NCBI GenBank assembly: GCA_944363835.1
Contig: CALVVJ010000002.1
Coordinates: 1 to 50,801 of the forward strand
Source: an uncultured Bacilli bacterium
Lineage (GTDB): Bacteria > Bacillota_I > Bacilli_A > RF39 > UBA660
Direction of reading: 5' to 3'
DNA length: 50,801 nt
Part shown: one piece after another, positions 47,595-50,801 of the stretch
Layout of the letters: every line of letters begins with the position of its first letter
Position numbering within the stretch: the first letter of the stretch is position 1
Program-made: the position numbers and the translations under genes
Notes under the pieces: model-generated
Database searches by the model: none
Seen by the model: only the letters and a program-made list of their open reading frames with translations
What the model was told of the DNA's origin: nothing

Positions 47595-48208
47595 TTAATT
47601 TTAAATACTTTTTTTATTACTAAACTAATTCCATATGCAATTAACATCATGATAACAACAGTTATTAAACTTTCTGGATGTTGAAAACTTTCCACTAAAC
47701 TAGTTCCAATAAACCCCCAAAAATAAACTAAAAATACTTTACTAATCAAAATAGCAATAAAGAACTTTTTAAAGTTCATATTGACTAAACCAGCAGCAAT
47801 ATTCATCATAAATGCCGGAGTAAAAGGAATAGATAAAATAACTGTAATTTTTGTTAAAGAAAGATTTTCAATATAATTCATACATCTAGTTAACAAATCG
47901 ATATTCTTTATTTTTTTTACTACAAAATTACGCAAAAATTTTTTTACTAAATAATAAGAAATAATACACCCTATTATTGTACAAACCCAAGATATAATAA
48001 AACCTAAGACATAACCAAAAGCAATGAAATTAATCGTTATAAAAACAAATAAAGGAAGCGGAGGAATAATCGATTCAAGCACGATAAAAAGTGAACCCAA
48101 CAAAGGCCCATACACTCCCATATTATCAATAGTGTCCATAATAAAATTATAAAAACTACTAAATACTTCTCCCATAAAAATCACTATTGTTATTATAGTA
48201 CAAAACAT
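47591..48208 (-). CDS. TVP38/TMEM64 (DedA-related) membrane protein
   Basis: Polytopic, with VLESIIPPLP early in the sequence as in the DedA/TVP38 families. The exact start is uncertain. Confidence 0.7.
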   Translation of the reverse strand: MFCTIITIVIFMGEVFSSFYNFIMDTIDNMGVYGPLLGSLFIVLESIIPPLPLFVFITINFIAFGYVLGFIISWVCTIIGCIISYYLVKKFLRNFVVKKIKNIDLLTRCMNYIENLSLTKITVILSIPFTPAFMMNIAAGLVNMNFKKFFIAILISKVFLVYFWGFIGTSLVESFQHPESLITVVIMMLIAYGISLVIKKVFKIN

Positions 48209-48235
48209 TAAAAATTACTATTATAATTATGTAAT

Positions 48236-48490
48236 TTACTTAATTACTTGTGTAACATCATAACCTAAATATTCGAGCATAGCCACTACTTTTCTACTTA
48301 AAGTTCCTTTATTACATATAATATAATATTTTTTATTTTTATCTAATACTGTTTTATAATTCATAAGCAACTTATCAGCATACATATTCTTACTATTAGG
48401 AGTAGGATTTTCTTTATAATCTAATGGGTGTTGTACATCAATTAAAATACCCATACTTGGATTATATTCACTAAACATTATTTTTTTCAT
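48236..48490 (-). CDS. single-domain rhodanese-like protein
   Basis: 84 aa with an active-site-loop-like CNKGTLSRK. Confidence 0.65.
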   Translation of the reverse strand: MKKIMFSEYNPSMGILIDVQHPLDYKENPTPNSKNMYADKLLMNYKTVLDKNKKYYIICNKGTLSRKVVAMLEYLGYDVTQVIK

Positions 48491-48542
48491 AATATCACAC
48501 TATAATTTATGTTCTAAATTGAAAAAAGAAGATGACAAACAA

Positions 48543-50765
48543 CTATTCATCATCTCCAAAAAAGTCATCAAAAAATTCATCATCACTTATAATATTATCT
48601 CCAATAACTTTACTATCACTATCGACATTAATTTTTGGTGACTCATCTTTAATATTTTCTACATTATTTTGTTTTGGTACTTCCTCAGTTTTAGCATCAA
48701 TATTTTTCTTAAAAGTATCTAAATTAAAATCTTTATTTATATTTCTAGTTTCTATTGGTTTATTAAAGAATTTATTATCACCAAACTCTTCTTTTTTCTT
48801 TGGTATTTCAATATCATCAGTTACTTTAAATAAATTTTCATTTTGCTTCTTCTTTTTTTCTGCTTCCTGACGATCCAATTCTTTAAACTTTTCATCTAAA
48901 TCTTTTAACATACTATCAATATCTAAAGAATTAAAACTACTATTAGGCATATTCATATTATTGTTTCCAAAAGTACCAAAGGAATTATCTACAGGTCTAA
49001 ATGGATTTGTAGGGCCCATACCAGCTGGTTTTACATTAGCCATCTTCTTACTTTTTTCTTCAGTAACAAATTTTTTCAAATCAAATATTTCTACTTCTTG
49101 CTTAATTCTTGATGGATATGGTTCTTCTCTTCTTTCAATTCCCCATTCCATTTTAAAATCTGGTTCTAACTTAGTTCTAAAAGGATCTGTTCTAAGTCTT
49201 TTTATTATAGCTTCAAAAAGTTTCATCTTTTGCAAATCAGTTACTGTAATAAGTGGCCTTGTTGCATTTTTATCTTTATCATCAGTTACTTTTACTTCTC
49301 CACACATCTTAGATATTTCTTCTAACGCTTTCATTTCTGTACTGATTAAGTATACTAAATTACCACAGTTCCCTTTGATAATTTCTGCTACATTATCCCC
49401 ATACACATCATTAAGTTGGGCAAAGTTTTGAATAATAAATGTAAATCTGATATCTCTGCTTCTTGCTGCAGATACCATCGCATCAACATCTTTAAGTGGT
49501 GGCATATTGGCAAATTCATCGAGAATAAAATTAGTTCTATACGGTAGCTTTCCACCATTTTCTTGTGCAACATCAATTAGTGTTTCATAACATTGTTTAA
49601 TAAAAATAGTCATCAAACTATGATATGTTTTCTTTTCATCGTGAATAATCATGAAAACTGCTGTTTTACCATTTCCAATATCCCGCATGTTAAAGTCGCT
49701 ATAAGAAAGCATTTCACTTAGAGCTTCTCCAGTTGAAAAGTTTCTTATCTTTTGCCTAAAAGTTGCAAGTAAACCACCCTTAGTATCATTCGGAGCATTG
49801 ATAGTACTTGTTGCAAATATATAAGGTGTCGATTTTTCGCCTTTAAGTCCAAAATACTCTTTTATATAATTACTTGTTGCATATCTTTCTTCCCCAACAG
49901 CACTCATATAGTTAATACTATTTAAATTAACTTCTCTTTCTTTAGCATCTTCAAATAAACCTAAAGCCAGTCCCGAAAAATAGTCTGCAGCAGATTTTTC
50001 CCAGAAATCTGATTCCGATTTATTACTTGGGTCATACAAAATATTTAATGCAACGTCATTTAAAAGTTCAATAGCTTTATCTTGATTCCCACTTGTATAA
50101 TACTTATATGGTAAAGTTAATGGATTCCAAGAATTACCTCTTTGTGGTTCCCGAAAGTTAAGAACAATTATTCTATATCCTCTTTCTTTTAAATAAGAAG
50201 CACTATATTTATATATTTCTCCTTTAGGGTCCGTAATAATCATACTTTCGCCCTTTTTAGCAAGTAAATTAACCATTGGTTTAACAATAGTTTGTGTTTT
50301 ACCACTACCAGTAGAACCAATTACCAAGTTATGATATTCTCCATTATCAACCCATATTTCTTTACCATTATTAATTAAAGGAATACCTGCAGCATCTAAT
50401 GTATCACTCAAAGGATTAACTTTAACAACATTTTCTTCACCTTTAATATCTTTTTCATTTGCCCATTTAGAATAACCATCGCTAGATTTACCTTTAAATA
50501 TCAAACCTACACCATGACTCCCTTTATCCTTTTTAAATATATAACTTGATACACTTGAAAATATTGCTACTAAAGCCCCAATAAAAAGTATTAATGTTAC
50601 TGGTAAATAAGCACCAGTAAAAGCTTTAAATGGAAGTAAACCATAAAATCTACCTTCTTGAGCTAAAGAAGACAAATTTAAAACTGCTATAGCACAAAGA
50701 TATAACAATAAACCACAATAAATACAAAATAACAAAAAGTCCTTTGGTTCAACTTTAAATTTCAT
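48543..50765 (-). CDS. VirD4/TraG-family type IV coupling protein homolog with a long low-complexity C-terminal tail
   Basis: Two N-terminal TM helices. Walker A GSTGSGKTQT, ITDPKGE, Walker B FILDEFANMPPL, RSRDIRFTFIIQNFAQL. About 190 Lys/Glu/Asp/Asn-rich C-terminal residues. Confidence 0.85.
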   Translation of the reverse strand: MKFKVEPKDFLLFCIYCGLLLYLCAIAVLNLSSLAQEGRFYGLLPFKAFTGAYLPVTLILFIGALVAIFSSVSSYIFKKDKGSHGVGLIFKGKSSDGYSKWANEKDIKGEENVVKVNPLSDTLDAAGIPLINNGKEIWVDNGEYHNLVIGSTGSGKTQTIVKPMVNLLAKKGESMIITDPKGEIYKYSASYLKERGYRIIVLNFREPQRGNSWNPLTLPYKYYTSGNQDKAIELLNDVALNILYDPSNKSESDFWEKSAADYFSGLALGLFEDAKEREVNLNSINYMSAVGEERYATSNYIKEYFGLKGEKSTPYIFATSTINAPNDTKGGLLATFRQKIRNFSTGEALSEMLSYSDFNMRDIGNGKTAVFMIIHDEKKTYHSLMTIFIKQCYETLIDVAQENGGKLPYRTNFILDEFANMPPLKDVDAMVSAARSRDIRFTFIIQNFAQLNDVYGDNVAEIIKGNCGNLVYLISTEMKALEEISKMCGEVKVTDDKDKNATRPLITVTDLQKMKLFEAIIKRLRTDPFRTKLEPDFKMEWGIERREEPYPSRIKQEVEIFDLKKFVTEEKSKKMANVKPAGMGPTNPFRPVDNSFGTFGNNNMNMPNSSFNSLDIDSMLKDLDEKFKELDRQEAEKKKKQNENLFKVTDDIEIPKKKEEFGDNKFFNKPIETRNINKDFNLDTFKKNIDAKTEEVPKQNNVENIKDESPKINVDSDSKVIGDNIISDDEFFDDFFGDDE

Positions 50766-50801
50766 AATTTGCCTTCCTTTCTTTACATATTATACATCAA
50801 A

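Noticed and set aside
48532-49431. Two plus-strand ORFs (112 aa and 156 aa) rich in Ser, Leu and Phe
   Set aside because: They are antisense shadows of the Lys/Glu-rich VirD4-like gene, and the low-complexity composition is what the complement of AAA/GAA-rich codons produces.
1-50801. Alternative genetic code (TGA as Trp), considered because of the extreme AT richness and Mollicutes-like appearance
   Set aside because: Long conserved genes (leuS, murE, GH31) are uninterrupted under the standard code. TGA closes several well-supported genes, for example at 30202-30204 and 32957-32959.
1-50801. CRISPR arrays, rRNA genes, IS elements or transposases, integrases
   Set aside because: I saw no regularly spaced direct repeats, no rRNA-like conserved stretches, and no DDE, serine or tyrosine recombinase motifs in any ORF. 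The only notable repeat is the 34-nt hairpin pair.

Overview
This is a very AT-rich, standard-code (TGA is a stop) chromosomal segment that looks like a Bacillota genome, possibly Erysipelotrichia or Clostridia-like; the taxon is inferred only. Most of it is housekeeping: leuS, trpS, murE, dapF, uppP, trmB, add, tRNA-Gly(UCC), a two-component system, a NatAB-like ABC exporter, peptidases and a GH31 glycosidase. Small accessory patches are interleaved. I saw no rRNA, CRISPR array, transposase or integrase.

The points most worth follow-up:
1. The LeuRS gene carries a complete Nudix-box domain nested inside the C-terminal part of its CP1 editing domain. The gene sits behind a Leu (CUU) T-box leader that the ORF track mis-calls as a protein.
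2. A translationally linked pair, a HerA/FtsK-like P-loop ATPase plus a protein with 13 Cys in about 80 residues, lies in an accessory-looking block downstream of tRNA-Gly.
3. A 1.3 kb XRE + Bro-N two-gene module is bracketed by two copies of a 34-nt terminator hairpin.
4. Two paralogous secreted proteins of unknown function are each divergently paired with an XRE regulator. One pair has twin perfect palindromes in its promoter region.
5. There is a membrane-anchored, oversized serpin and an orphan VirD4/TraG coupling-protein homolog.
6. Several genes are interrupted by single lesions (homopolymer indels, one in-frame TAG, one 5' truncation). This suggests either gene decay or consensus errors.

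All domain calls come from motif reading by eye; I ran no searches.
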